From assembly GCF_006345805.1 (NCBI RefSeq), contig NC_042998.1, forward strand, positions 170,066,001-170,130,000: a stretch of DNA of 64,000 nucleotides, written 5' to 3'. Within the stretch, counting starts at the first letter, position 1, and each line of letters begins with the position of its first letter. The notes below the pieces were generated by a model. That model was given only the letters and a program-made list of their open reading frames with translations. It had not been told where the DNA came from and made no database searches. Made by a program: the position numbers and the translations under genes. Below, one piece after another: positions 12,824 to 24,994 of the stretch. This DNA comes from Octopus sinensis (Eukaryota).

Positions 12824-13225
12824 CATGAAAAACCATCTTCAAACATCCATACACATACACAACACTCTAGAGCAGTACTGTAACATCCTAAAGATTATTA
12901 TTCTCCCTCAGCTAAGATAAACTAAAAGAACACATTACACTGAAATAGCTGCAACATCAATAGCTTCAGTAGCCTCACAGACTGTATTGTAATGCACACT
13001 GCTAACAATATGTGTAGAGGAACTGTCCTCCACTAATTGAAGTTCATCTTCACTATGGCCTTCATCAGAATCTGCTCATGTACAGAGACACACTGAACAG
13101 TGGAAAGAGTGCAATATGTTCATGCTGTCACACTGCACTCTTTGCAAATCATCATTGCATGTTGGAGTGTGTTGTATGGTTCCTCAGAAAGATGGGAGGA
13201 TAGTATGATTAGAAAGACGGATCTT
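12824..13225 (+). repeat. Copy 1 of a ~400 bp local direct duplication (copy 2 at 15367-15755)
   Basis: Collinear, highly similar sequence from catgaaaaacca to ggatctt in both copies. Confidence 0.9.
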
Positions 13226-13559
13226 CCTTTTAAAAATGAAAATAATTAGTAAACCATAGAAAAATGAAAGTGGTAGCATTCAGTTCTAACATGAATCACA
13301 AAACTAACAGTAAAACAGTAACATAATCAAAATGATTTGATATCAAAGGTCACACTGATCACATTTTCAAATAATATGTCCTGGCTGCAACATCAGACAA
13401 ACACTGTCCTTAGATAATTCTCAAAAATCTGAACCCAAAATGTATGCAAAGAAAACAGGAAAATAAGCAAAAACATATGCTCATTCCACCTCAACCACAA
13501 TTTTGAACCCTTTCATCAGAGACCCAGAAAACAATACAGATGTCTAAGATCTCAAATGA

Positions 13560-15480
13560 TTCAGGCCTGTACAAAAATCACTAACAGCTAAAGTCACCTA
13601 GAACTTGAAGCAGTCACTTCATTCTCCACTCTCTGCAGCTACTTGTAATTACAGAAATATTCTCCTAATATGAAAAGGATCATAACTATAGCAATACTAA
13701 AGCCCAGCAAAAACCTAATTGAAGTAATATAGAGATCCATTGACAGATCCATTACTCGCCTATGCTCACTCAAAAGTTTTAGAAAGGCTAATCCTTGACA
13801 TCATTTTCTTAGACATCCCCTTTGCCAAAAATACAATATGGAATCCGGCCTCTATACTCAGCCACTATAATACTGAGAAATAGAAAGTTCTTGATGGTTT
13901 CAACAGCATAACTTTCCACAAGTACTATTCTAATTACTGTCAACATTAACAATGCTTTCAACTCCATCCTCACTATTCACTTGCAAGAATCAACACAAAA
14001 TGTTATCTTGCTGTCAGACCTTTGTAGTGTACATGACCAACTCTTTCAGAAACTGTAAATACACCCACTTAATTGCTACAAGGACCTATCTTTTTACCCA
14101 CCCTTTTTAACTTATACTTTCCCACAGCTCTACAAAAGTTTCACATGCAGATAACATCACACAACATTTGCAACATGCATAGAAGATAGTGAATAAATCA
14201 AAACAAAGTATAAACATAATTAGAGCAATTACAGGTGTCACACTTGGCGAACAGAAAGAAATATGAGGTAGTATCAAAAGGTTCCCAGACTAGTTATGTT
14301 TAAAAAAAAGAAAAAACAAACTTATTTACCCAAGTTTTAACATCATCTCCTTCAAAATAGTCACCTTGTGTGGCAATACACTAGTTCCAACATTTCTGCC
14401 ACTTTTGGAATTCATTCTGGAAGTTGTTTTCTGTGAGTCGAGGACCTGCAATTTGCTCTGGATCTCAACAACAGTGTTAAAATGGTGACCTTTGAGCTGC
14501 ATTTTTATCTTGGGGAAGAAATGGAAATCTGCAGAAGCTGAATAGAGCAGGTGTGGAAGTGATCACATGTTGTTTTTGGTGAGAAACTCATGGGTGAGGA
14601 GAGCTTGGTGACAGTGCTTTGTCATTGTGAAGAATTCAATTCTTCACACTCTACAGATCTGGTTGCTTTTCGCTGGACATTCTCAGATGCTTCAAAACAA
14701 CGCAGTAGAACTCTCAATTAACAGTCTGGCCCTGGGGGACGAATTCTTGATGCACAATACCACATTTTCAGGAGTGATGGTCATGACAGGTCTTTCAGAT
14801 CACTCATAGTCTTTTGAAGACGTTCTATTGGCTTTGAAGTGACCATGCCACTTGACATATTCCATACGGCACATTGCCTTGTTATCGTAAGCTTGCTGAA
14901 GCATGTTCAATGTCTCTGTAACAGACTTCCCAAGTTTAATGCAAAATTTCACCGCTCTTTGTTCCTGTGCATGACAAAATTGCAGACTACAACATACATG
15001 TGATCACAAATTTCACAACTTGTGAACTAAGCACTGCAATGTCACTCAACACACTGCCTCATGAAGGTCACTGCTAGCTCTCACTGCACATACAACCATA
15101 TGTTGCCATTTGTTGGCATGCTAAAGAACTTTTTGATGCCACCTTGTTAAAAAAGTGGTGTACAAATAATATATTAGATCGAACATGGACTATGCTAATC
15201 CTGCCTGAGACCTCGATCTCTACAAAAACACAAAACTATGCACTGTGCATTGTAGCAAGTTGTATACAAACTTCCTACACATTAAAACAAAAATGAAAAC
15301 CACCTGGTTGTATGAAAAACACAGTTTGTCATTGCAACAAACTTCAACCTCCAGTCCCTCTCACTACATGAAAAACCACCTTCAAACATCCATACACATA
15401 CACAACACTCTAGAGCACTTCTGTAACATCCTAAAGACTGTACTATTCTACCTCAGCTAAGACAAACTAAAAGAACACAT
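13560..15480 (+). mobile_element. Jockey/I-like LINE reverse transcriptase remnant, interrupted by a mariner
   Basis: Decayed frames IAILKPSK, SKVLERLIL, QYGIRP, GFN...TIL..VNINNAFNSI. The segment IIRAITGVTLGEQKE before the mariner continues as YK..IRSNMDYANPAW after it. Confidence 0.6.
14264..15146 (-). mobile_element. Internally deleted mariner transposon
   Basis: TIRs TGAGGTAGTATCAAAAGGTTC / CAAGGTGGCATCAAAAAGTTC with TA on the left. Minus strand has the HTH EQRAVKFCIKLGKSVTETLNMLQQAY and the C-terminal DFHFFPKIK..LKG...WQKCWN..CIATQGDYFEGD. Confidence 0.85.
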
Positions 15481-15755
15481 TACACTAAAATAGCTTCAGT
15501 AGCCTCACAGACTGTAGGTGTAATGCACACTGTTAACAATACGTGCAGAGGAACTGTCCTCCACTAATTGAAGTTCATCTTCATTATGGCCTTCATCAGA
15601 ATTTGTTTGTGTATAGGGATACACTGATCAGTGGAAAGAGTGCAATATGTTCATGCTGTCACACTGCACTCCTACAAATCATCATTGCATGCTGGCATGT
15701 GTTGTATGGTTCCTCAGAAAGATGGGGAGACAGTATAACTGGAAAGGTGGATCTT
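15367..15755 (+). repeat. Copy 2 of the ~400 bp local duplication
   Basis: See 12824-13225. Confidence 0.9.
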
Positions 15756-16159
15756 GAGTTATGTGGCATTCAGTCAACTATCTGTATACCACAGGACTGC
15801 TCGATAGGGATATGACAAGATTTTCAACATCACATTTTGTTACTGTTTTGTTTTGCCTTTATTGTCATAACTTGAGTTCTCATGCTGCAGGCATAATTCA
15901 GATTTAAGTCACACCATCTAGGCTGTTGTGAATGTGGTTAACTCATTTTTCTTCTCTACTTGATACCAAGTGCTTAGTTTGTCATCATTGTTTTCATGGT
16001 GAAATTAATCACAATGGAGAAAAAGATTCAGCATCAGAAAGTTTGTATATTCTTTTATGAAACAAGTGACTGAGACCTTCTGTGATATACTGTGCTTGAG
16101 AAGATTCATCAAGGCAAGTGAAATTGTAGTCATAGCAAATGCTGGTGTCATGTAACTGG

Positions 16160-16355
16160 CACTCGTGCTGGTGGCATGTAAAAAGCACCCATTATACTCT
16201 TTGGAGTGGTTGGCATTAGGAAGGGCATCCAGCTGTAGAAACCATACCAAATCAGACCGGGACTTGGTACAGCCTTCTGGCTTATCAGTTTCAGTTAAAC
16301 TGTCTAACCCATGCCAGCATGGAAAGCAGATGCTCAGTGTTGATGATGATGAAAT
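16160..16355 (+). mobile_element. RTE 3'-tail fragment (type A repeat), sense orientation
   Basis: tggcattaggaagggcatccagctgtagaaacc...(gat)n, homologous to the 3' UTR of the LINE at 26994. Minus-oriented copies near 20430-20760, 32760-32870, 33735-33880, 36740-36960, 40850-41340 and 49740-49900. Confidence 0.8.
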
Positions 16356-19069
16356 GAGATAATCACGACAGTCCAAAAGGGATTATTTAAGCTGAACTTC
16401 AGTCACATTGATTTCCCCAATCTAAGCTGATGGACAAATGTCACAATTGCTGTTTTGCACTTGATGAATTTTTGTTTTTTAAAAAAGTAGTCATTTTGTT
16501 TACATCTTAATATAAATGCTGCCAGATTACTGGTCTTTGTCTTGTCTTGAGACAGCATTCACCCGGGTGAGTTGAGCTGGTTTCATTCATCCTCAATGCT
16601 GCCAGATTACACTTTAGTTTCTCACTTCACAGCTCAATAAAATAAGTACTAGTTATATTGAAATATGTGATTGATTCTATGTGTTATCACAATGAATTTT
16701 GATGTGTTTGTATAAACATCAAAGCTGGTTGGAATTCCAGTACTGTATCACATGTTACAATTGAAGTGAACTGCAGCTGAAGTTACAGGTCTTCGTTTCT
16801 GGACATGCTTTGTTTTGTATATTAGCAGATTTAATCTTTTGAAAATGTTAATTCCTGTTTAATTTTTGTCATGTTAGGTTCATCATCGTGAATATCTCCA
16901 CTACTAAAACTTCAATCTTGCTACAAGCAGTGCACCACTGACATGCTACATCTTTCTCATCTCTATTACAACTGCATTTCTTCCTTCTCTTCTGAACTTG
17001 TGCACCATCTTTATCATTGTCCTCTCCAAATCTTGTACTTATAATTCATCTAGTTGTTTCTTCTCAAAAATACAACCTGCTTTGATCTCATATTCCTTAC
17101 AGACATAGACTGCAAAAATTCAAACTGAGCATCATCAACTACATAATGCTAATCAGTTTGAGAGAACTTGTAATAGTTCTTCTTGAACTAAATAACAAAG
17201 AAAAAGTCATTGCCTTTAATGCTGTTTTCCCATGCTGGGAAGAAACATTTGAAAGATGCCATCTGTCTATGCATCTTGTGTCACTGTGTGAGGTTCAATG
17301 TACTTGTTTCTGATCTCCTAGGACTTTGATCTAATTCTATTAGATGCCTTCCATCACCAATTCATAGCTTTCTTTTTTTACGTAGTGTTCATCAATTCTT
17401 CATATTACCTATCCATATCAGTAGCAGATATTTTGTATACACCCACCAAGGAATTGGAAGTGTGGGGTGATGCCTTAATTCTAATCAATTATGCTCTGAA
17501 TAATTATTACCATTAAGCTATACAGTGAAAAGCACCACTTAACTAACTATTGTACTGCAAGCAAAGTTTTTGCTGTTTATGTTTTGACTTCAGATTTATA
17601 ATTTATTTGCATTTTTGTTATCAGACTGACAAGTTAAACATCCATACTATTTTCAAACAGGTTAGAGATTGGCAATTTCAGGTCTTAAAAAAAAAAAAGA
17701 GAGGCAAGCAAATAACATTTAGAAGGAAGGTATGGAAATTTAAAGATCCCTTTCTTAGGCATAATTTTTGATTAGAGCCAAAGTAAATTCTAATATTGAG
17801 GACAGCAGAGACTATACAAAAAATAAAGGTATAAAAAAAACTTTTGCAAATAGCAGACAACATGGTAGTGGAGTTGTAGAAATAGGTAGGGACATAGAGG
17901 TAAGCAACAGGTTTGTTACGAGTACAAGAGAAAATAGTAAGGTGGAAAACTAGCAGGAAGTTAGATGCAATTTATTTAGCCAGTAATGTCTAACAGGATG
18001 TAGGAAGACATTATTTCAAAACTGATGTTGCAATATCGACTATTATTGCATATTCCATGTCATGCTAAACTTATTTCTCTCTGCTCATTGCAGATTCTCA
18101 ACATCTTCTGCTCATTTTTTTATTGCCATACAGCATCATATTTTTTAAATATGCTTCTTATTGTCTGCTCTATTTTAATAGAGCCCTATTGATATCAACA
18201 GGTCTTTTTTCTCTCCAACCTTAGACTGTTGTCATTCTTTAGTACTTTTCTATGTAAAGCCATGTATATTTGTCTTGGTAGAGTGGTTTATCTATACTTT
18301 GACTGGTCTCGCTCTTTGGATTGCAGCCAGGTTGGAGCACTGCTTTTAAGGGTTTAGTGGATTTTATTGAATCACTAAGTTATAGAGTATAAAAATAAAC
18401 ATAGACACACACACAAAGGCTTCATATAGTTTCCATCTACTAAATTTCACCTAGAAGGCAATCCAGAGCTATAGTAGAAGATATTTTGCTTAAGGTGCCA
18501 CACAGTGGGACCAAACCTGAAACCCTGTAGTTTTGTAGACATGGTTATAACAACAAAACCATGCATACAGTGCCAATTGTTTTTACACTTAGATTTTTTT
18601 CTCCCATTGCTAACTTTTCAGTTGTAATGTAGAAATGCAGTCTGCATTTTGTTCAGAAGCACAACTTGACAATTCTGAACTTACGATCATGCAGTTAGTA
18701 ATCCAGTACCTGAACCTCTCAACTATTGTTCCTCCAAGCTTCACATTATGCTATCAATAGCTGTTAACCATCACTAACTATATCACATAGATAAGAGTAC
18801 TTACATATTATTATCAACAAGCCAACTGAATAGGCCTTGGTGTTCTATTAATGACTGCCTATTCAGTTTGCTGCATCATTGTAATTGTTGCACATAAAAT
18901 TCTTGTTCCTTCTCAGCCTATTATATATCCTATTGTATTTATGATGTACTCACTGTTTACTCTGAATACACAATGTTGAGTTAATTCAACTTCTTGCAGG
19001 CAATCCACTTTTTTTAATTCCATGTTCATTTTTAGGCTTGTTTACATATTAATGCCATCATCATAATCA

Positions 19070-19480
19070 TTTTTTTAATGTTCACTTTATCATGCTCACA
19101 TGGGTTGAATGGAATTTGTTGAGGTAGATTTACTGCAGCTGGATGCTCTTCCTGTTGCCAACATTTCACCTATTTTCAAATAAGGTAATATTTCCCCCTT
19201 GACTGGATGTGTTTTTCACAGAAGATAGGGGACAAAAGAATGCTGCATGCATGACACTGACATTTGTTTACAAATATCATGTGCTGCTTTGCAAGGAGAC
19301 AGTAACACATGCACATGCATATGATGAGTTTCTTTCAGTTTCTCTTTATCAATTTCACTCACAAGGCTTTGGTCAATCTGGAGCTATAGTAGAAGGTATT
19401 TGCTCAAGGTGCCACATGGTGGGACTGAACCCAAGATCATGTTGTTGGGAAGCATACTTTTTTTTACTACAAAGCCACCC
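19070..19480 (-). mobile_element. tRNA-head SINE with RTE-derived tail (type B2)
   Basis: Head aaggtgccac..tgggactgaaccc at the right and RTE-type tail gctggatgc.cttcct at the left. Similar copies at 36140-36510, 44020-44345 and 56043-56250 (tail part). Confidence 0.7.
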
Positions 19481-19608
19481 CTGTGCCTTTACATATATTA
19501 AATTTATTCACATTTGACACCATCATAGTCTCACAACCTGCTTATTCAGTGTACCATGATTTGTTATGCTGTTGTTTCCATCTCAATGTTTCTCAATGTG
19601 GCCGTTAC

Positions 19609-19751
19609 CCCTTTAGCAATTAAACTGGCCATATCTATCCAAAATATTCTGTCTGTTCTATGTTCAAACTGGCCAGATCTGGCTTCTCACATCTACCATA
19701 CAATGCCATTGAACAATGTGGATAAATAAGCATTACATTTGTAAAAAAGGG
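19609..19751. mobile_element. piggyBac-type MITE, decayed; truncated copy at 23962-24025
   Basis: tta(c)|CCCTTTAGC ... AAAGGG|TTAA. The second copy starts TTAA|CCCTTTAGC at 23958. Confidence 0.5.
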
Positions 19752-21220
19752 TTAAAACATTACTTTTGAGTTACATCAATATTGCTTTCAATTGAACCTA
19801 AGACCCAAACATCCACTGTCATTAAGCACAATTTGAAAGTAGTTGTAATAGTGATCAGAAAAGACCATAGCCAGTTGGCATGGTGGTCTGTGTGAGGTCT
19901 GCTTTAATGATTTGCAGCTGCTACCACTTGCCGTTTACCATAGTACTGTTAAATTGTGTAGGAAGTTGGATAAAATGCATCTGGTGAATGCCGACAGGTA
20001 TGGAGAAAACTGTGGATCTAAGCGGTTTTGAGTTCTGTAGCTTCATAGACTAGTGTGTTTGGGGATCAGACCTGCACTTAACCAAAATGATAAACCTACA
20101 ATATTCTTTTAAACAGCATTTGCCACATGCTGCCAAATGATAAAGATCCTCACTTTATAGAGAAGTGAGAATAGCAGTGCTTGAAAAATATGGATCATAC
20201 TTCAGAGCTTTACTTCCCAGGAAAATAGGCTGTCTGTTAATCATATGAAAGAACACAAACTAGTTGATGCCCCTCTCAGTTTCATTCTTGATTTTGTGAG
20301 TGAGAAAAGTGGGAGACCTCATTTAATCAAACTTGTCCATGCCTTATAACTGGACATCATTGATTGGTAGAGATCATTTCTGCTCATTTATACCTTGAAA
20401 CCCTTTATTACCATTATGATATTCTTATCCTTTATCATCATCACCATCATTTAACATCTGTTTTCCGTGTTGGAATGGGTCGGATAGTTTGATAGAAGCT
20501 GACCAGCTGAAGGGCTGTTCAGGCTCCATGTTTGTTTTGGTGTGGTTTGTATGACTGGATGCCCTTCCTAATGCCAACCACTTTACAGAGTGTAATGGGT
20601 GCTTTTATGTAGCACTGGTATGGGTGCTTTTTACGTGGCACCAGCATTTACAAGCCCGCAAGATTAGGGATTCTCAGCTGAAGTGGGCTGCAAGAGATGA
20701 GCCTGTATGCAAGGGCAACCACACTTTTACTTAGCTTGATGTGTCTTTTCAAGGACAGCAAACTGCCAGGTTTATGTTTTACTTTATTCTTTGAAGAAAC
20801 ATATTCTTCTGTTAATTTGTGTACTTTTAACAATGTTCAGATATGTTGAATATTAGTTTCTTAATTCTTCCTTTTACCCTCTTTCTTTATTAATTACACT
20901 ATTTATTTCTTTGCTAAATGTATATACCTATCTTTAAAAGCACCAGGAAAAAAAGAACAATAAAAAACTACATATATAGCTTCTGTATGTTTTTTTTCTT
21001 TTTGTGCATAAAACCTCTCCATTCCCTTTTGTATGCATGCTGTCCCATGACTTCTTTATTCTATATGACATTATCTTTCCATTTCTATTACCACTGCTAA
21101 GACTAAGCAGCAGGTAGGAATGGAATAAGAATTTGGAGAGTGATGCTGTTCATGAAGTACACATATTTTTAGTCTATTACTACTTTGTGCATTGTAATCA
21201 TGTCTTTTGATAGCTTTGTA

Positions 21221-22759
21221 GATAATAGTCCATGATGAGGTTTTAGATTTTCTAAATAAAGACCTGAGGGATTTTGAAGAAAATTTACATGATAGCACAG
21301 TACACTATTTTTGGCTTGTATGCAAAATTTATCATATGTAGCTATCTTAGTTTTCATATTATTTAGCATACTTGTTTTTCAGGTCTACTGCAAGAATAGT
21401 CCTGTTATAAGCATGTACAGTTTTGATCACTTATAAGGTTAAAAATACCAACTATTTCAAGAACAATTATTTTAAATAACTCATATGACACAAATGTACC
21501 ATTGATAATATAAAATACATAAATAACATATTCACAGAAGCTTTGACTCTTTGATTAGTGTTTGATGTATGAACCATTTTGTTTGATGACCTCAAAAATG
21601 TGGTTAGTGGATTCAGTTAGTGCTTTGGTAGTAGAAGGTAGGACTGCCTTAGCAGAGTCTTGTATTGCCTTCCAAAGTGTTTCCTTACATGTGTACTACT
21701 TGCCATTATGGTAGATCTCATGTTTGACAATGCTCCACAGGTTTTCGATGGGATTCAGATCTGGAGAACAGGCTGGCCACTGCATTAAAGTTTCTCCTTT
21801 GAATCCCAATGAGGAGAGGACCTCTTTGGTTTTCTTAGCAGCATGTGGTGGGGCCTTATCATGTATAAAAATAACCTTGCTAAGCTCAGATAATGGGAGC
21901 TCATCCAGCTAGTTAGTTAGGACATCTCTAATAAAGTTAACAGTATGTTATAGCATTAATCTTCACACCTTCTGGCGCTTTAAATGGACCAATCATCGTG
22001 TCTCCCATGATTCCTGCCCAAAACATGACTCCTCCACCCCCTTGCTGACGATGCAAATGCATGTGAACAGGGTTGTCATAAAACATCCATCCCTTAGTCT
22101 AGTCATCAGGCCCATCTAGCATGGCTCGGCATTCATCAGTAAACAAAATATGCTTGACATCAGTCATCATATACATTCTACCCTATTTTAACGGAGCTTT
22201 TTTTGTGTTTGGGAGTCAATGGAAGCTTGCATGCAGGTCTCTTCTCTTTCACAAAGCTACCAATTACTTTATTTCTGGTTGTTTTGGAGATATTTTCAAT
22301 GCCAGTGTCTGCAAATAAAGCTTTACTAGTACATCCAGGATTTTTAACTAAGCATCGCTTCAGATGAGAAATGTCTCATGCTGTGACTGTGCTCATTCTG
22401 ATACTTGGGATTTTTTAAATATCTGTGAATTGTTTTCACATGGCGATCTAGTTTCTTGGCCACTTCATCTGCAGACTTACCTTTACATATTTCTTTTATA
22501 TCTGGTCCCTCTCGTACTCTGTAAGATCTTTTCCATGCCCCATCTTTTGAAATCAATATTAGGACTATTAATTATGTTCACCTGAAAGAAGAAAATTGTT
22601 GATTAATACAAAAACTAGAAAAAGCTGCAAATGCTAAATTTTGTATACAAACCAAAAATAGTGTACTGTACTCTTATGTAAATTTTCTTCAAAATCCCTT
22701 GGGTAGTTATTTAGAAAATCTTAAAAAATCGTCATGGACTATTATCTTGGTTCCCAGTG
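21221..22759 (-). mobile_element. Tc1-like transposon with ~140 bp TIRs and a decayed DD34E transposase
   Basis: 21221-21360 is the reverse complement of ~22615-22746. Right end ...CCCAGTG|TA. Minus frames: HTH (EVAKKLDRHVKTIHRYL), LFTDE, GGGGVMFWAGI, HDKAPPH, WPACSPDLNPIENLW. Confidence 0.9.
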
Positions 22760-22894
22760 TATTGACTGTATTTGGTGAAATGCAGTGTTTTCTATATTGC
22801 TATGATTGAATCTTTTCTTAATGCTGATCACTATGGCAGTGATCAAAGTTATTGTAATTTCTAGTTAGAAGTTGTTACCCAATATTAAATAGTC

Positions 22895-23279
22895 TTTACT
22901 CTTTTACTTGTTTCAGTCATTTGACTGCGGCCATGCTGGAGCACCGCCTTTAGTCGAGCAACTCGACCCTGGGACTTATTCTTTGTAAGCCCAGTACTTA
23001 TTCTCTCGGTCTCTTTTTGCTGAACCGCTAAGTGGCGAGGACATAAAGACACCAGCATCGGTTGTCAAGCAATGCTAGGGGGACAGAAACAGACACGCAC
23101 ACATACATATATATACGACGGGCTTCTTTCAGTTTCCGTCTACCAAATCCACTCACAAGGCTTTGGTCGGGCCGAGGCTATAGTAGAAGACACTTGCCCA
23201 AGGTGCCACGCAGTGGGACTGAACCCGGAACCATGTGGTTGGTAGGCAAGCTACTTACCACACAGCCACTCCTGCGCCT
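22895..23279 (-). mobile_element. Well-preserved tRNA-derived SINE (type B1)
   Basis: Minus strand has A-box TGGCTGTGTGGT, B-box-like GGTTCAGTCC, a central ccttgggcaagtgtcttctactatagcc segment and the tail tgactgaaacaagtaaaagag. CpGs retained. Other copies near 18300-18560, 40555-40830, 47745-48555, 50200-50595, 59460-59605, and plus-strand 47312-47470 and 60425-60720. Confidence 0.85.
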
Positions 23280-24994
23280 TTCCGTCTTATTTTTTTAACA
23301 TGCATTTACTGTCTTAGATTGTGCAACATTAGGAAGAGTATTGCTCAATTGAGTGAAAGTCAAGAGACAGTAAAGGCATATACTTGTTCCATTTGAATTA
23401 GACATTGCACATCAGCTTATGTAATCCATGGTCCAATATCAAACAATAAGGACTGTAAAACATGGCTAGTTGTACTAAGGTCACGTGGATGGCAAACACA
23501 AAAGGGAAATATTATGTAAATCTTGGAAATAACAGGTTCAAAAACCAGAGTGTACTACCTCAGTTGACTCTTGGCTATATGCTTAAAACTATTGGAATGT
23601 GAGCACTCTACAAATATAGTGTTTGTATTTATACTTCTTATTTATTTTGACTAGTTTGTTTATGCATACTTTGTAAGGTATTTCTTGCAAAATAAAATGT
23701 AAAAAAAAAACCCGACAAAACAGAACCCTTAAAATGTACATTAAGACAAATAGCTAAATATTTGATTAAGAAATAACTACTCTTCTATGATGGTGAACAT
23801 AAAAGTTTTAAAAGGCCATCATGTCAAAAATAAGTGTGTTTAACTTTGTTCACATTTGACACCTCCATAATTTTTTTACCCTGCTTATTCAGTGTACCAT
23901 GACTTGCTACTGCCTGTGACACTGTTGTTGCCATCTCAATGTTTTTCAATGTGGCCCTTAACCCTTTAGCATTTAAACTGGCCATATCTGACCAAAATAT
24001 CCTGTCTGGCTTCTCACATCTTCCATCAAGTTTGTAAGCTTTTGTATTGAACTTCTTGAAATAACTTCTATTCAACAATATATGAAGATGCAGTCATGGT
24101 TATTCTACCAGTTGATTTTTATATATTAGAGGAATTCTATTATTTGTCATATTTCAAGTGAAGACAGTGATGTCTCAGTTAGTGAAAAATTGTTTCCAAA
24201 GTGTCAAGTTGACTAGAAGTGATACATGAACCCAAATGACAAATATCTGGTGAAAGGTGAGAAATAAATGGAATAGGATTCAATAAGAAGAGAAGGAAGT
24301 GACTTGAGGAAATGACTAGATTATCCAACCAATAAAGAGTTTACTAATGCATGCTTGCATTACAAAAAAAAGTGCTTGGCTTTTGCACAATGTCTTTATT
24401 TATTGCATGTAACGTTTAGTATCTTATAGTGCTGTTTTTGTGTATTAACAGAGTTTTAGTGTTACTTAGTTTTCGTGTTATGATGATGATAGTTATGGTA
24501 GTAGATGATAGATGTAATGAGCTGTGTCAAATTGCATTTACTTTTCTGCCAAAATCAAATAGCTTTCATCCTTTGGTACCTATAAATCAAGTCTCAGTCT
24601 AGTGTTATAGTAAAAATTAATCAACCATCATAGCCTTGTGTCGTTATTGGAAATCCTTATTAAGGGATGATTTCTATTTTTAGTTTTACTGTACTGGATA
24701 CCCTTTTTTCCAGATTTATACATTTGGGTTAATTTTTCTAGTTCTGTTAGAGATCTATTGTCAAGTAATATTGGTTTCAAATTTCTTCATAGGGCCAACG
24801 ATATTGAGGGAGAGTGAAAGGTGATTACAGTGACCTTAGTGCTCAACTGGTATTTATTTTATCGACTCTGAAAGGATGAAAGGCAAAGTCCTCAGTGGAA
24901 TTTGAACTCAGAATGAAATGATGGATGAAATGCGGCTTAACATTTTGCCCAGCATGCTACTGATTCTGCCAGTTCACTACCTTATATTGTCAAG

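Noticed and set aside
16005-16376. ORFs 16005-16376, 27028-27360, 41027-41423 and 48154-48579
   Set aside because: They are readings through SINE or RTE 3' UTR repeats, not genes.
18094-18201. AG...GT-bounded open frame as RPRD exon 2 (also candidates near 33500 and 49455)
   Set aside because: Translations lack the CID motif FYL.ND..Q.
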